Shown: positions 27,709 through 36,425, counted from the first letter of the stretch. The stretch: DNA of 64,000 bases from Verrucomicrobia bacterium UBA3841 (GCA_002392765.1 DGHT01000036.1:2870-66869), one strand, 5' to 3'. Numbers and translations are program-made. The notes: generated from the letters alone by a model not told the origin.

Positions 27709-28679
27709 AAATGGAAAACACTTCCAGACGGGATTTCATCCGCAACGGTTTTGCAATGGTCGGGGCCGGGATGTCCGTTATCGCTGCGGCGGACTCCGCC
27801 GCGGCATCGGGCGCACATGAAGCCGCCGGAGATCCGGCTCAAGGGCTGGACGTCACGGCCGATTCCGAGACTCGTTCCGCGTCCGCCCGCAAGCTTAAGG
27901 TCCGCTTCCTCGGCACCGGCGCGATCGACTGGGAGCGCGGGCCGAACGAATTCGGGGAAACGCGCCGTTTCGCGAGCGTGCTGGTGAACGGGAAAGCGCT
28001 TATCGACCTGACAGGACGCACTCGCGAGATGCTGCCGGAGGGATGCCGTCCGGAAGCAGTGTTCTACACCCACTCGCATCGCGACCACTTCGACGCAGAA
28101 GCCGCTCTTTCTCTCGGCGTCAAGCGCGTCTACTGCCACAAGTCGTGGGCCAAGACGGCTGTCGAGAAATTCGAGCAGGCGGCGAACGGACGTCCCGTTC
28201 CCGAAGTCAACGGCATCGTATTCGGCGCGCCGGTCCCCGTATGCGGCACCATGTTCACCGCGCTTCCCGCAAACCATTCCACGAAGCGCAAGGGAGAACA
28301 TTGCGCCATCTATCTTATCGACAAAGGGCCGGCGCGCCTGCTTTACGCGACTGACACTTGCGGCATTCCGCGCGACGCGCTGAAACACGCCGGACTGGAG
28401 CGGAACGCAGGCCGTCCGCTCACGGCGATAATCATGGAAGCGACTGCGGGAATCGGACAGGAGGACAATCCGCGCTTCTTCTTTTCGCATTCGTCCGTCG
28501 ATCTCGTGGCGAGAACCGTCCGCGCCCTCGCAGCGACAGGACGCTACCGTCCGCCGGCTTCGCGTCCCGTCTATATCACGCATCTTATCCGGTCCCAGTA
28601 CGCTTCGATGGCCGAGTTGGAGAATACCCTCCCCGCGCCGCTCAAAGCCGCATACGACGGTCTGGAAGTGGAGTTTTGA
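27705..28679 (+). CDS. Tat-exported MBL-fold metallo-hydrolase
   Basis: Tat motif SRRDFIRNGFAMVGAG. YTHSHRDHFD. C-terminus AYDGLEVEF, paralogous to the 11887 MBL protein. ATG overlaps the PfkB stop. Confidence 0.7.
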   Translation: MKMENTSRRDFIRNGFAMVGAGMSVIAAADSAAASGAHEAAGDPAQGLDVTADSETRSASARKLKVRFLGTGAIDWERGPNEFGETRRFASVLVNGKALIDLTGRTREMLPEGCRPEAVFYTHSHRDHFDAEAALSLGVKRVYCHKSWAKTAVEKFEQAANGRPVPEVNGIVFGAPVPVCGTMFTALPANHSTKRKGEHCAIYLIDKGPARLLYATDTCGIPRDALKHAGLERNAGRPLTAIIMEATAGIGQEDNPRFFFSHSSVDLVARTVRALAATGRYRPPASRPVYITHLIRSQYASMAELENTLPAPLKAAYDGLEVEF

Positions 28680-28752
28680 GCCTCCGCCCGGCGGCGATAT
28701 CAAGGAGATGCGGCATCCTGCCGCGTCCCTTTGCAAAACCTGCTTGTTTGTC

Positions 28753-28825
28753 TCACGCAAAGTACGCAAAGTTCGCAAAGCAACCATAGAAAAGAAACTT
28801 TGCGCGCTTCGCGAACTTGGCGTGA
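28753..28825. repeat. Palindromic element B copy 1: three tandem 9-mers (tcacgcaaag tacgcaaag ttcgcaaag), 16-bp spacer, three inverted 9-mers
   Basis: Direct read. Near-identical copy at 51340-51412; related copies at 30105-30172 and 43688-43761. Confidence 0.7.
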
Positions 28826-28944
28826 AATATATTCGGAGGGCAAATACCTCCAATGACAACAATCCCACAATTCCTCAGTTCCATCTTCCCTCAATTAAAG
28901 TCGAAAAAGTGTCATAGGACACTATGCTTTCACCGTCCTTCTTT

Positions 28945-28953
28945 TGCTATAAT
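28945..28953 (+). promoter_or_regulatory. Extended -10 TGCTATAAT promoter for the regulator gene
   Basis: 22 nt before the ATG at 28976. Confidence 0.4.
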
Positions 28954-28975
28954 ATTGGTGAAAGCAGGGTCGAGT

Positions 28976-30073
28976 ATGTCGGAAAACAAAGCAACTGCAA
29001 TCGCAATCGCCATCAAGAAGAAAATCGAAGACGGCAAATACGGCGCGGGCAAACCGCTGCCGAGCGTCCGGGCTTTGATGCGCATGCACTGCATAGCGCG
29101 TTCCACGGCAAACCGGGTTCTGCAGGAACTCGCCCGAATGGGTGTCGCGCGCCTGCGCAGAGGCGCGGGAACGTTCGTGAACAAACATGCCGCATCCCGG
29201 AAGATCGGACTGATCGTCCCCGGCGTCGCGGTCACTGATTTTTTCAAGCCCGTCGTCAGCGAGATCAACAACCTTGCGCGCGATGCTGGATACGACCTCC
29301 TTTTCCGCGAGGTGTGGAGCGAGAACCGCGAGGAGCGCATTGCGCAGGTGCGCGAGTTCGCCGCGGAGTTCGTAAAGGGCAATTTCGCGGGCGTGATCTA
29401 CGAGCCGCTTGCGGGGCCGATAGGCGACGAGATCAACCCGCGCATCCTGTCGGTGTTCGACAAGAAGAACATACCGGTCGTCCTCCTCGACTGCGACATC
29501 GTGCCGTTCCCAGAACGAAGCCACTACGACGTCGTCGGCGTAAACGACCTCGAAGCCGGAGCGCGGATTGCGAAGCACCTCTTGGACATCGGCGCGAAGC
29601 GCATACACTTCCTCATCTGCTCGCTTTGTCCGACGACTTTCTCGAACAGGCTCGCGGGAGCGGAGTCGCAGCTGAAGCTCGCGGGCGTGAAGATTCCGAA
29701 TGGCGGGAACGTGCTCTACGCCGAGGCGGACGACCTCAAGGCGCTGAAGCGCTACCTCAGGAAGCAGACGCGGCGACCGGACGCGTTCATCTGCAGCAAC
29801 GACGCCATCGCGGCGGTCTTCAAGCAGACTCTGGAGAAGGCAGGCCTTCGCGTTCCGGAGGACGTGATGCTCACCGGCTTTGCCGACCTTTCCGTCGCAT
29901 CGCTCATGACTCCGCCATTGACAACGATCCGCCAGAACCGCGAGCAGATGGCGCAGGCCGCGTTCCGGCGGCTGATGGATCGAATCGAAAATCCGTCTCT
30001 TCCTCCGTGCGACATCTTCCTCCCCGCGCCGCTTATCGCTCGCGGATCGACAACAAAAGGCTGTTCAAAATGA
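28976..30073 (+). CDS. Hybrid transcriptional regulator: GntR-type winged HTH fused to a LacI/periplasmic-binding-protein-type sugar sensor domain
   Basis: N-terminal KPLPSVRALMRMHCIARSTANRVLQEL (GntR HTH). Remainder is a type-I PBP fold (IGLIVP..., DAFICSNDAIAAV, VMLTGFAD). Confidence 0.7.
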   Translation: MSENKATAIAIAIKKKIEDGKYGAGKPLPSVRALMRMHCIARSTANRVLQELARMGVARLRRGAGTFVNKHAASRKIGLIVPGVAVTDFFKPVVSEINNLARDAGYDLLFREVWSENREERIAQVREFAAEFVKGNFAGVIYEPLAGPIGDEINPRILSVFDKKNIPVVLLDCDIVPFPERSHYDVVGVNDLEAGARIAKHLLDIGAKRIHFLICSLCPTTFSNRLAGAESQLKLAGVKIPNGGNVLYAEADDLKALKRYLRKQTRRPDAFICSNDAIAAVFKQTLEKAGLRVPEDVMLTGFADLSVASLMTPPLTTIRQNREQMAQAAFRRLMDRIENPSLPPCDIFLPAPLIARGSTTKGCSK

Positions 30074-30104
30074 ATGACTTGATGGGAAAATCTTGTTTTT
30101 GGCA

Positions 30105-30172
30105 TCACGCAAAGTCCGCAAAGTTCGCAAAGTTTCTTTCAGGACTTCGCGGACTTGGCGAACATTGCGTGA
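30105..30172. repeat. Palindromic element B copy 2, between the regulator and GH29
   Basis: tcacgcaaagtccgcaaagttcgcaaag ... acttcgcggacttggcgaacattgcgtga. Confidence 0.65.
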
Positions 30173-31599
30173 GAATTAAACTCGCCTTCGCATTGCTGTG
30201 CGTATTTTCGTCCGTTATTGCCACAGCGACACCGCGTAGGCTTTTCGCCGAGACTCCAGCGCAGAAGGCCGAGCGTCTTTCCTGGTGGACGCACGACCGC
30301 TTCGGCATGTTCATACATTTTGGACTCTATTCGCTTCCGGCGCGCGGCGAATGGGTGAAGATGACCGAGCGCAAGGATATGAAGGAGGAGAAGTATCAGG
30401 AGTACTTCGACAATTTCAACCCCGACCTCTTCGATGCGAAGGAGTGGGCGAAGACGGCGAAGGCGTCCGGAATGAAATACGCCGTCCTTACGGCGAAACA
30501 CCACGAGGGCTTTTGCCTCTGGGACTCGAAGTTCACGGACTACAAAATAACCAACACCGCGTTCAGGCGCGACATCGTAAAGGAGTTCTGCGAGGCGTTC
30601 CGCGCCGAGGGCATTCGCGTGGGGCTATACTACTCGCTCATCGACTGGCACCACCCCGATTTCACGATCGACGCCCGCCATCCGCGCATGCCGCCGGGGT
30701 GCCGTCCCGCCGACCCGTCTGGAACCGTCGGCGGAGAGGAGACTTGGAAGCGCATCAACGCCGGAAAGGACATGAACCGCTACCGCCAGTATATGAAGGA
30801 TCAGGTCGGCGAACTTCTCACAAACTACGGGCGCATTGACATCGTCTGGTTTGACTTTACCTATCCTAACGACGGCGGGCACGGCAAGAGCGCGGCGGAC
30901 TGGGATTCGGAAGGCCTTCTCAAATACGCGCGCAGCCTCCAGCCGTGGATTATCGTAGACAACCGCCTTGGGCTTACCGACACGGCGGACGGCTGGGATT
31001 TCGTGACGCCCGAGCAGTTCAAGGTCGAGAAATGGCCGACCGTGAACGGTGAGCGCGTACCCTGGGAGACGTGCCAGACGCTGTCGGGCAGCTGGGGATA
31101 TGCCCGCGACGAAATGACGTGGAAGACGACGGAGAATGTCCTTGCCACATTGATCCATTCCGTCTCGAAGGGCGGCAACATGATCCTGAACATCGGCCCC
31201 ACGGGGCGCGGACGCTTCGACTTCCGCGCCGTGAGTCACTTGAAGGACATCGCGGACTGGATGGATCTAAACTCGCGCTCGATCTACGGCTGCACGGAAG
31301 CGCCGGAGAAATTCACGCCGCCGGAGAATACGGTTCTTACGTACAATCCCGAGACACGCCGGCTCTACATCCATCTCCTGGCCTATCCCGGCGGACGCCT
31401 CGCCTGTCCGTTCGCCGCCGACGTCGCCTACGCGCAGTTCCTCCACGACGCATCCGAAATCACGCTCGAACGTCACGGTACGGCTGCGGAGCAGACGCAG
31501 GAATTCTACAAGAGCGGCAACGAAGGAGTTTCCTACTTCCTCCTCCCCGCCGTCAAGCCCGACGTCCTCATACCCGTAATCGAGGTGATGCTAAAATGA
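30169..31599 (+). CDS. Alpha-L-fucosidase, GH29
   Basis: WTHDRFGMFIHFGLYS, TAKHHEGFCLWDS and GLYYSLIDW GH29 blocks. Signal peptide VRIKLAFALLCVFSSVIATA from GTG 30169. An alternative ATG at 30070 (ATGA overlap with the regulator stop) would read through element B and add a 33-aa pre-signal extension. Confidence 0.75.
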   Translation: MRIKLAFALLCVFSSVIATATPRRLFAETPAQKAERLSWWTHDRFGMFIHFGLYSLPARGEWVKMTERKDMKEEKYQEYFDNFNPDLFDAKEWAKTAKASGMKYAVLTAKHHEGFCLWDSKFTDYKITNTAFRRDIVKEFCEAFRAEGIRVGLYYSLIDWHHPDFTIDARHPRMPPGCRPADPSGTVGGEETWKRINAGKDMNRYRQYMKDQVGELLTNYGRIDIVWFDFTYPNDGGHGKSAADWDSEGLLKYARSLQPWIIVDNRLGLTDTADGWDFVTPEQFKVEKWPTVNGERVPWETCQTLSGSWGYARDEMTWKTTENVLATLIHSVSKGGNMILNIGPTGRGRFDFRAVSHLKDIADWMDLNSRSIYGCTEAPEKFTPPENTVLTYNPETRRLYIHLLAYPGGRLACPFAADVAYAQFLHDASEITLERHGTAAEQTQEFYKSGNEGVSYFLLPAVKPDVLIPVIEVMLK

Positions 31600-31625
31600 G
31601 CCAGACGCGAGAGTCTTTTTCCAGC

Positions 31626-31652
31626 CGTGTAGAACGTGTAGATCGTGTAGAG
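31626..31652. repeat. Left terminal inverted repeat: (cgtgtagNN)x3
   Basis: cgtgtagaacgtgtagatcgtgtagag; its reverse complement matches 33077-33103 at 25 of 27 positions. Confidence 0.8.
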
Positions 31653-31763
31653 CCTTTCTACATGTTGCTTTCGCTTCTGGGAGTTTCGGAGTTTGGGAGA
31701 TTCAAAAGACTCCTATACTCCAAAACTCCCAGCAACGAAAGTGAGAAAATGATGTGCGGTGTT

Positions 31764-32873
31764 CTACAGCCGCTTGAGCCACAGGCCGAAGAATCTGTCG
31801 TAGACGACGTATCCCGCGTCCGACCGGTAAAGAAGGTCGCGTTCCGTCAACTTGGCTGCTGCGGATCGGACTGTGGAAGCGGCCGGGAGCTTGTTGCGCC
31901 TGATAAAATCTCCGCCGGATATGGACTTTGCAACACCCTGTCTGCCGACCGCCTTCAGGATGGATTGTTCGGCGGGAGTCTGGCTTCGCAGAAGGTCGAA
32001 GTAGAACGATTCCGATTCCGCAACGAGTTCATCCACGGTATCATCGACCTGTTGGACGGAATCGAGTCCGCTACCGTGCGTCCAGACGCGGTTGAGGATG
32101 CTTTGGATGTACCACGTTATTCCCTCGAAGCGTTCGTAGAGATGGCGAAACGCCCCTTCCGAGAAGGTGCGTCCTTCGCGGCGGAAGAACCCCTCGGCGA
32201 ATTGCCCGTACTTTCCGGCGTCGATGGTGCCGAGAGCCATGAGCTGCGTGCTTTGGTAGAAAGGACCCTTGGGCGAGACGAACATGGCGTCCATCATGTG
32301 TTTCCTGGAGCCTGCGAATATGAAATGCGCGTTCGGAACGAATTGGATGTAGCTTCTGAGAAGCGCCTCCGCCCCCTTTTCCGGAAACTCGCGAACCTGC
32401 TGGAACTCGTCGATGGCAATCACGACCTTGCGCTTGCGCGACGCGATGTAGTCGAAAGTGTCCTTAAGCGTGGCCTTGGCCTGCGACGGCGCGAGGTCGA
32501 AGGAAAAGGAGAAGGATCCGTCGTTGTTCGGCGTAAGCGTCGGACGGCAGCTCTTGAAGAACGAAAGAATCTTTCTCCCGACGCGCTCCGCCGGGGAGTC
32601 GAGCCTGTCGAGGACTGTGGCGGCGAACGTCTGCACGAACGAAGTGAGGTCTTCGATAGCGAAGATGTCGAGATAGACCGTCGCATGGGTCTTCTCGAGT
32701 GTCCGGAAGGCGTTGTGGACGAGACCGGTCTTGCCGTAGCGGCGCGGCGCGACGAGCGTCACGTCCCTTCCGTTGGAGATCGCGGAGACGAGCTTTTGCG
32801 TCTCTGCGGCGCGGTCGCAGAAGTACTCAGGCCCCGCGTAGCCGCGTATCAGAAAAGGGTTGTCGAGTTTCAT
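31764..32873 (-). CDS. AAA+ ATPase of the archaeal-ATPase / DUF234 type
   Basis: Walker A APRRYGKTGL. Walker B-like VVIAIDEFQ. C-terminal DUF234-like winged-helix region. ATG (MKLDNPF) at 32873, preceded on the minus strand by TTTGATATAAT 7 nt upstream. Confidence 0.7.
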   Translation of the reverse strand: MKLDNPFLIRGYAGPEYFCDRAAETQKLVSAISNGRDVTLVAPRRYGKTGLVHNAFRTLEKTHATVYLDIFAIEDLTSFVQTFAATVLDRLDSPAERVGRKILSFFKSCRPTLTPNNDGSFSFSFDLAPSQAKATLKDTFDYIASRKRKVVIAIDEFQQVREFPEKGAEALLRSYIQFVPNAHFIFAGSRKHMMDAMFVSPKGPFYQSTQLMALGTIDAGKYGQFAEGFFRREGRTFSEGAFRHLYERFEGITWYIQSILNRVWTHGSGLDSVQQVDDTVDELVAESESFYFDLLRSQTPAEQSILKAVGRQGVAKSISGGDFIRRNKLPAASTVRSAAAKLTERDLLYRSDAGYVVYDRFFGLWLKRL

Positions 32874-32880
32874 GCGCAAT

Positions 32881-32891
32881 ATTATATCAAA
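32881..32891 (-). promoter_or_regulatory. Extended -10 TTGATATAAT (minus strand) for the ATPase, leaderless spacing; a 19-bp perfect palindrome gcgacgaaattttcgtcgc lies at 32918-32936 in the -35 region
   Basis: Direct read of the reverse complement. Confidence 0.45.
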
Positions 32892-33076
32892 AATTCGCAC
32901 GTTGCGACGAAATTTTCGCGACGAAATTTTCGTCGCAGAAAAGTGGTGCGTTCAAAATCGTCTCATCTTTCGTGTATTTCGCGTATTTCGTGGTTCCATG
33001 AACCGCCTACAATTGCCGCGAAAATGCAAGTAGAAGTGCCGCGAAAGTTAAAGTAAGGAGTGCGGCATGATGACGC

Positions 33077-33103
33077 AACTACACGATCTACACGTTCTAC
33101 ACG
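33077..33103. repeat. Right terminal inverted repeat: (NNctacacg)x3
   Basis: aactacacgatctacacgttctacacg. Confidence 0.8.
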
Positions 33104-33131
33104 TCAAAAACAACAAACAAGGAGAAAGGAA

Positions 33132-34829
33132 ATGAAAACGATACAACTCGGATGCAAGCGGCTGATAGCGGCCGCAGTAGTTGCGGCTGCGTTCGCGGCA
33201 AAGGCCGAAACGGTCGTGTGGTACACGTTCGACGATCTCGGCGACGTCGGAACGACGCTCGCCGATTCGTCGACGATCCAGAACAAGGCGAACCCCGGCA
33301 CGCTCGACGCGACAGTGTACGGAATGAAGGGCAAGGACAAGTATGCGAGTTCCGTCAACAGGCCGTATGTCGCGAACGGCGTGCCGGAGACACTGCGGGT
33401 CCTTGATCCTGTCAGTAAAACCATCGCTGCATCCGCCGACAAGGCATTGAGCTTCCCATGCACCAGTCCTGGCGGTCAGGGTGCGCTGCTTGAGACACCA
33501 AACGATTCTGCGTTCCGCCCGTCGTCGTTTACCGTTGAAATGTTCGTCCGCCTCACGGAGGGGCGCTCTAACTGGCAGATGCTTGCCTGTCAGCCGTCAA
33601 CTACGGCCGATCGCTACGGATGGGCGATTAGCCTTTACAGACCAGCCGACAACAGTTACTCGAGCTTCCGGTTGAATTTCGTCGATACCGAGGGAAACAA
33701 CTACCAACATGGCATCGGTAAAAATGAAGGTTCCAATGTCTTTCTCGACTACAAGTGGCACCATATCGCGCTCGCTGTCACACCCCAATCCGGCGATCCG
33801 TCCAAGATCAACATAAAGTTCTTTATAGACTACGTGAGGGTTTACAATTATGATGCACCTTACGGCATCGTTCTTCCCGATTCTGCGGACTGCCCCGTGC
33901 AGATTGGCGGCACGACAGTTACAGGACAAAACTTTATGGGTGAGATTGGCGAATTCAGGTTCTCATCAGGAGTGCTTGATCCCGGCGAGTTCCTTCGTCC
34001 GCACAACGCGGCGATAGACAAAGACGTCGTTCTCTACTACGACTTTGAGGATACTGATGCATACGACGGCAATTTCGCCTATAGCACAAACAGCGCAAGC
34101 GATGTCGTAAACAAGGCCTCTCCAATCATGCCCGGCGCATTCCAGAAGACAGTAGGGACCGACAGCAAGACGTACCCTTTCATTGACGAGGCGTCGCCAG
34201 GCCACAGGGTGCTTCCGTCGCAAAACGCAGAAAGCGAGAGAACGATGAATTCCACTCATGCATTTAGAAATGCGTCATATCGGGTTGTCGGCTCAAACAC
34301 GTCGCGGCTCAAGTGCACACCGGCGTATGCGGATATCTTCCGCGACACGGAGGATTTTACCGTCGAGATGTTCTACAAATGCGGCGAAAAGGAATACAGC
34401 GATGAAACGATTGTGCAGCAAGCAAAACTCTTGTTTATCCCTGGACAGTTTGAAGTAGGTTTTGCCAACCCCACGGCACAGATGATACCCATTCTTAAAA
34501 CCTCGGAGGGCAACGTCATGTTTTCGTCGGGAACGCGTGTGGATGATGGCAAGTGGCACCATATAGCCGTGGTTGTGAAACAGTCCGGCGATTCGAAGAC
34601 ATTCAGCTGGTATCATGACGGCGATCTCTACAATAATCAGAGCAAGACGTTCTCGGGAACTGTGTCCCCCATGAGTTCTTCAGATGCAGTATGGCACATC
34701 GGAACGAACAACGGAGGGCGTGCGTTTGACGGCTGGATCGACTCTTTGCGTGTGACCTTGCGTGCGCTTGAGCCGTCCGAGTTCTTGCGGGCTGAGAAGC
34801 GGCAGGGATTGGCCATTGTATTCAAGTAA
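33132..34829 (+). CDS. Secreted protein with two concanavalin A-like/LamG (Laminin_G_3) domains
   Basis: Shine-Dalgarno AAGGAGAAAGG. Signal peptide. Blocks YKWHHIALAV and DDGKWHHIAVVV typical of LamG jellyrolls. Confidence 0.65.
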   Translation: MKTIQLGCKRLIAAAVVAAAFAAKAETVVWYTFDDLGDVGTTLADSSTIQNKANPGTLDATVYGMKGKDKYASSVNRPYVANGVPETLRVLDPVSKTIAASADKALSFPCTSPGGQGALLETPNDSAFRPSSFTVEMFVRLTEGRSNWQMLACQPSTTADRYGWAISLYRPADNSYSSFRLNFVDTEGNNYQHGIGKNEGSNVFLDYKWHHIALAVTPQSGDPSKINIKFFIDYVRVYNYDAPYGIVLPDSADCPVQIGGTTVTGQNFMGEIGEFRFSSGVLDPGEFLRPHNAAIDKDVVLYYDFEDTDAYDGNFAYSTNSASDVVNKASPIMPGAFQKTVGTDSKTYPFIDEASPGHRVLPSQNAESERTMNSTHAFRNASYRVVGSNTSRLKCTPAYADIFRDTEDFTVEMFYKCGEKEYSDETIVQQAKLLFIPGQFEVGFANPTAQMIPILKTSEGNVMFSSGTRVDDGKWHHIAVVVKQSGDSKTFSWYHDGDLYNNQSKTFSGTVSPMSSSDAVWHIGTNNGGRAFDGWIDSLRVTLRALEPSEFLRAEKRQGLAIVFK

Positions 34830-34835
34830 GGCGAG

Positions 34836-35720
34836 GTGCGAGTGAAACCCTTTCATTCTTTGCTGACGGTTGTCGTTTCGCTCGGTGCGATGCCGCTCCT
34901 CGCAGGCGAGCGGTCTGACGCGTTTGTCTCGGCGGCGCGCAAGGCGTATGCCGCCGACCCGATGTGTCGCACGACGGTCGTGACCAACTTCGTTGTCAAG
35001 GGAACGCCTGACGACAAGGCGCCGGGCCTGGTTCGGTGGTACGACGTCGAAGGCGCGCGGAACGTCCGCGACATCGGCGGCTGGACCGGCCTTCGGGCGG
35101 GCAGGGTGTTTCGCGGCACGGAGCTTAATTCGAAGCCCAATCACAAGCAATACGAGTTGACCGAGCGCGGCAGGGCGGTCATGCGCGGCGAGATGGGCAT
35201 CGTGTCCGATCTCGACCTTCGTGGGGAGATAGCGGAATACGGCGAAGACGCCAAGACGAAAAGCCCGATTGGCGAGGGATCGCAACTCTTGAGCCGTCCT
35301 GTCAGTTCGTATGTCGAAACCTGCACCTCGCCACGTTCCGCCAAGGCGTTCGCGAATGCCCTCCGCGTGTTTGCCGACGAAAAGAATTTCCCCGTCTACG
35401 TGCATTGTGCGGGCGGCGCGGACCGCACGGGGACGGTGTGCTTCCTTTTGGAGGCGCTGTGCGGCGTGTCGCTCGAAGATGCGGAAATCGAATACGAGCT
35501 TACGAGCTTCTCGCCGGTCGGCATGCGCCGCCGGAACAGCGAGACGGGGCTTCCGTTCGCGCTCATGGTGCGGCTCATTTCTACCTTCCCCGGCGAGGCG
35601 TTCGCCGATAAGGTTGCCTATTGGGCCGAGAACGTCGCCGGACTTACCAAAGACGAGATCGCGCGCATCCGTGCCAATCTCGTGAATGCGCCCGGCGCGG
35701 CGAAAGCGGCCGACTTGTGA
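34836..35720 (+). CDS. Secreted protein-tyrosine-phosphatase-fold (CX5R) phosphatase
   Basis: Signal peptide MRVKPFHSLLTVVVSLGAMPLLAG. P-loop VHCAGGADRTG (HCxxGxxRT). General-acid region WYDVEGARNVRDIGGW. Confidence 0.65.
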   Translation: MRVKPFHSLLTVVVSLGAMPLLAGERSDAFVSAARKAYAADPMCRTTVVTNFVVKGTPDDKAPGLVRWYDVEGARNVRDIGGWTGLRAGRVFRGTELNSKPNHKQYELTERGRAVMRGEMGIVSDLDLRGEIAEYGEDAKTKSPIGEGSQLLSRPVSSYVETCTSPRSAKAFANALRVFADEKNFPVYVHCAGGADRTGTVCFLLEALCGVSLEDAEIEYELTSFSPVGMRRRNSETGLPFALMVRLISTFPGEAFADKVAYWAENVAGLTKDEIARIRANLVNAPGAAKAADL

Positions 35721-35738
35721 GCAAGAAAGGAAAACAAG

Positions 35739-36425
35739 ATGAAGGCATTGTTGATCGCGGCGCTTTTTGCGTCGCAAGCGGCGTTCGCCGACAGTATTGC
35801 GGAGCTTTGTCCCGTCGCGGAGAATGTGCGCGGGCACGAGAACACGGAGTGGTCCATCAGCTACGCCTACCACCTCACGGACGCGAAGAAGAATCTTCCT
35901 CGCGTCCTTCTCGTGGGCGACTCGATCTGCCAGGGCTATCAAGGCAAGGTCGCGGCCAAGCTTGACGGGAAGGCGAACGTGACCTACTGGGCGTCGTCAT
36001 ACTGCGTGACGAGTCCGGGCTATCTGCGGCTTCTCGCGTTCTATCTCGACGAGGCGAAGTACGACGTCATCCACTTCAACAACGGACTTCATTCGTGCGA
36101 AACGCCCGTTGCAGACTACGAGAAGTCGTACCGCGCCGCGCTTCGGCTCATCAAGAAGAAACAGCCCAAGGCGAAGATCGTCTGGGCGTCTTCCACGCCG
36201 ATCAATACGAAGGACGCGCGAGCAGACAAGGTAGCCGCCCTCAACGCGGCGGCTCGTCGGACAGCTGATTCCGTAGTCGGCATTGCAGAGAACGATCTAT
36301 ATTCTCTCGCAAATCCGCTCGACCGCGCGACGTACTGGGTCGATACGCACCATTATACGGATGCAGGCTACGAGCTCCTCGCGTCGCAAGTGGTCGAAAA
36401 AGTCGTTGCGGCTTGCGCCAAGTAG
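35739..36425 (+). CDS. SGNH/GDSL hydrolase (carbohydrate esterase-like)
   Basis: Signal peptide. Block I LLVGDSICQGY. Block V DTHHYT. Confidence 0.75.
   Translation: MKALLIAALFASQAAFADSIAELCPVAENVRGHENTEWSISYAYHLTDAKKNLPRVLLVGDSICQGYQGKVAAKLDGKANVTYWASSYCVTSPGYLRLLAFYLDEAKYDVIHFNNGLHSCETPVADYEKSYRAALRLIKKKQPKAKIVWASSTPINTKDARADKVAALNAAARRTADSVVGIAENDLYSLANPLDRATYWVDTHHYTDAGYELLASQVVEKVVAACAK

Noticed and set aside
29314-30069. Upstream extension of the 29314-31599 ORF across the regulator gene
   Set aside because: Different frame from the regulator, Arg-rich translation. The GH29 domain and signal peptide begin only after 30169.
31626-33103. CRISPR array or iteron interpretation of the (cgtgtagNN)x3 and (cgcaaagtN)x3 repeats
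   Set aside because: Only three units per block, no unique spacers and no cas genes. Units are contiguous 9-mers in inverted pairs, better described as terminal inverted repeats or palindromic elements.
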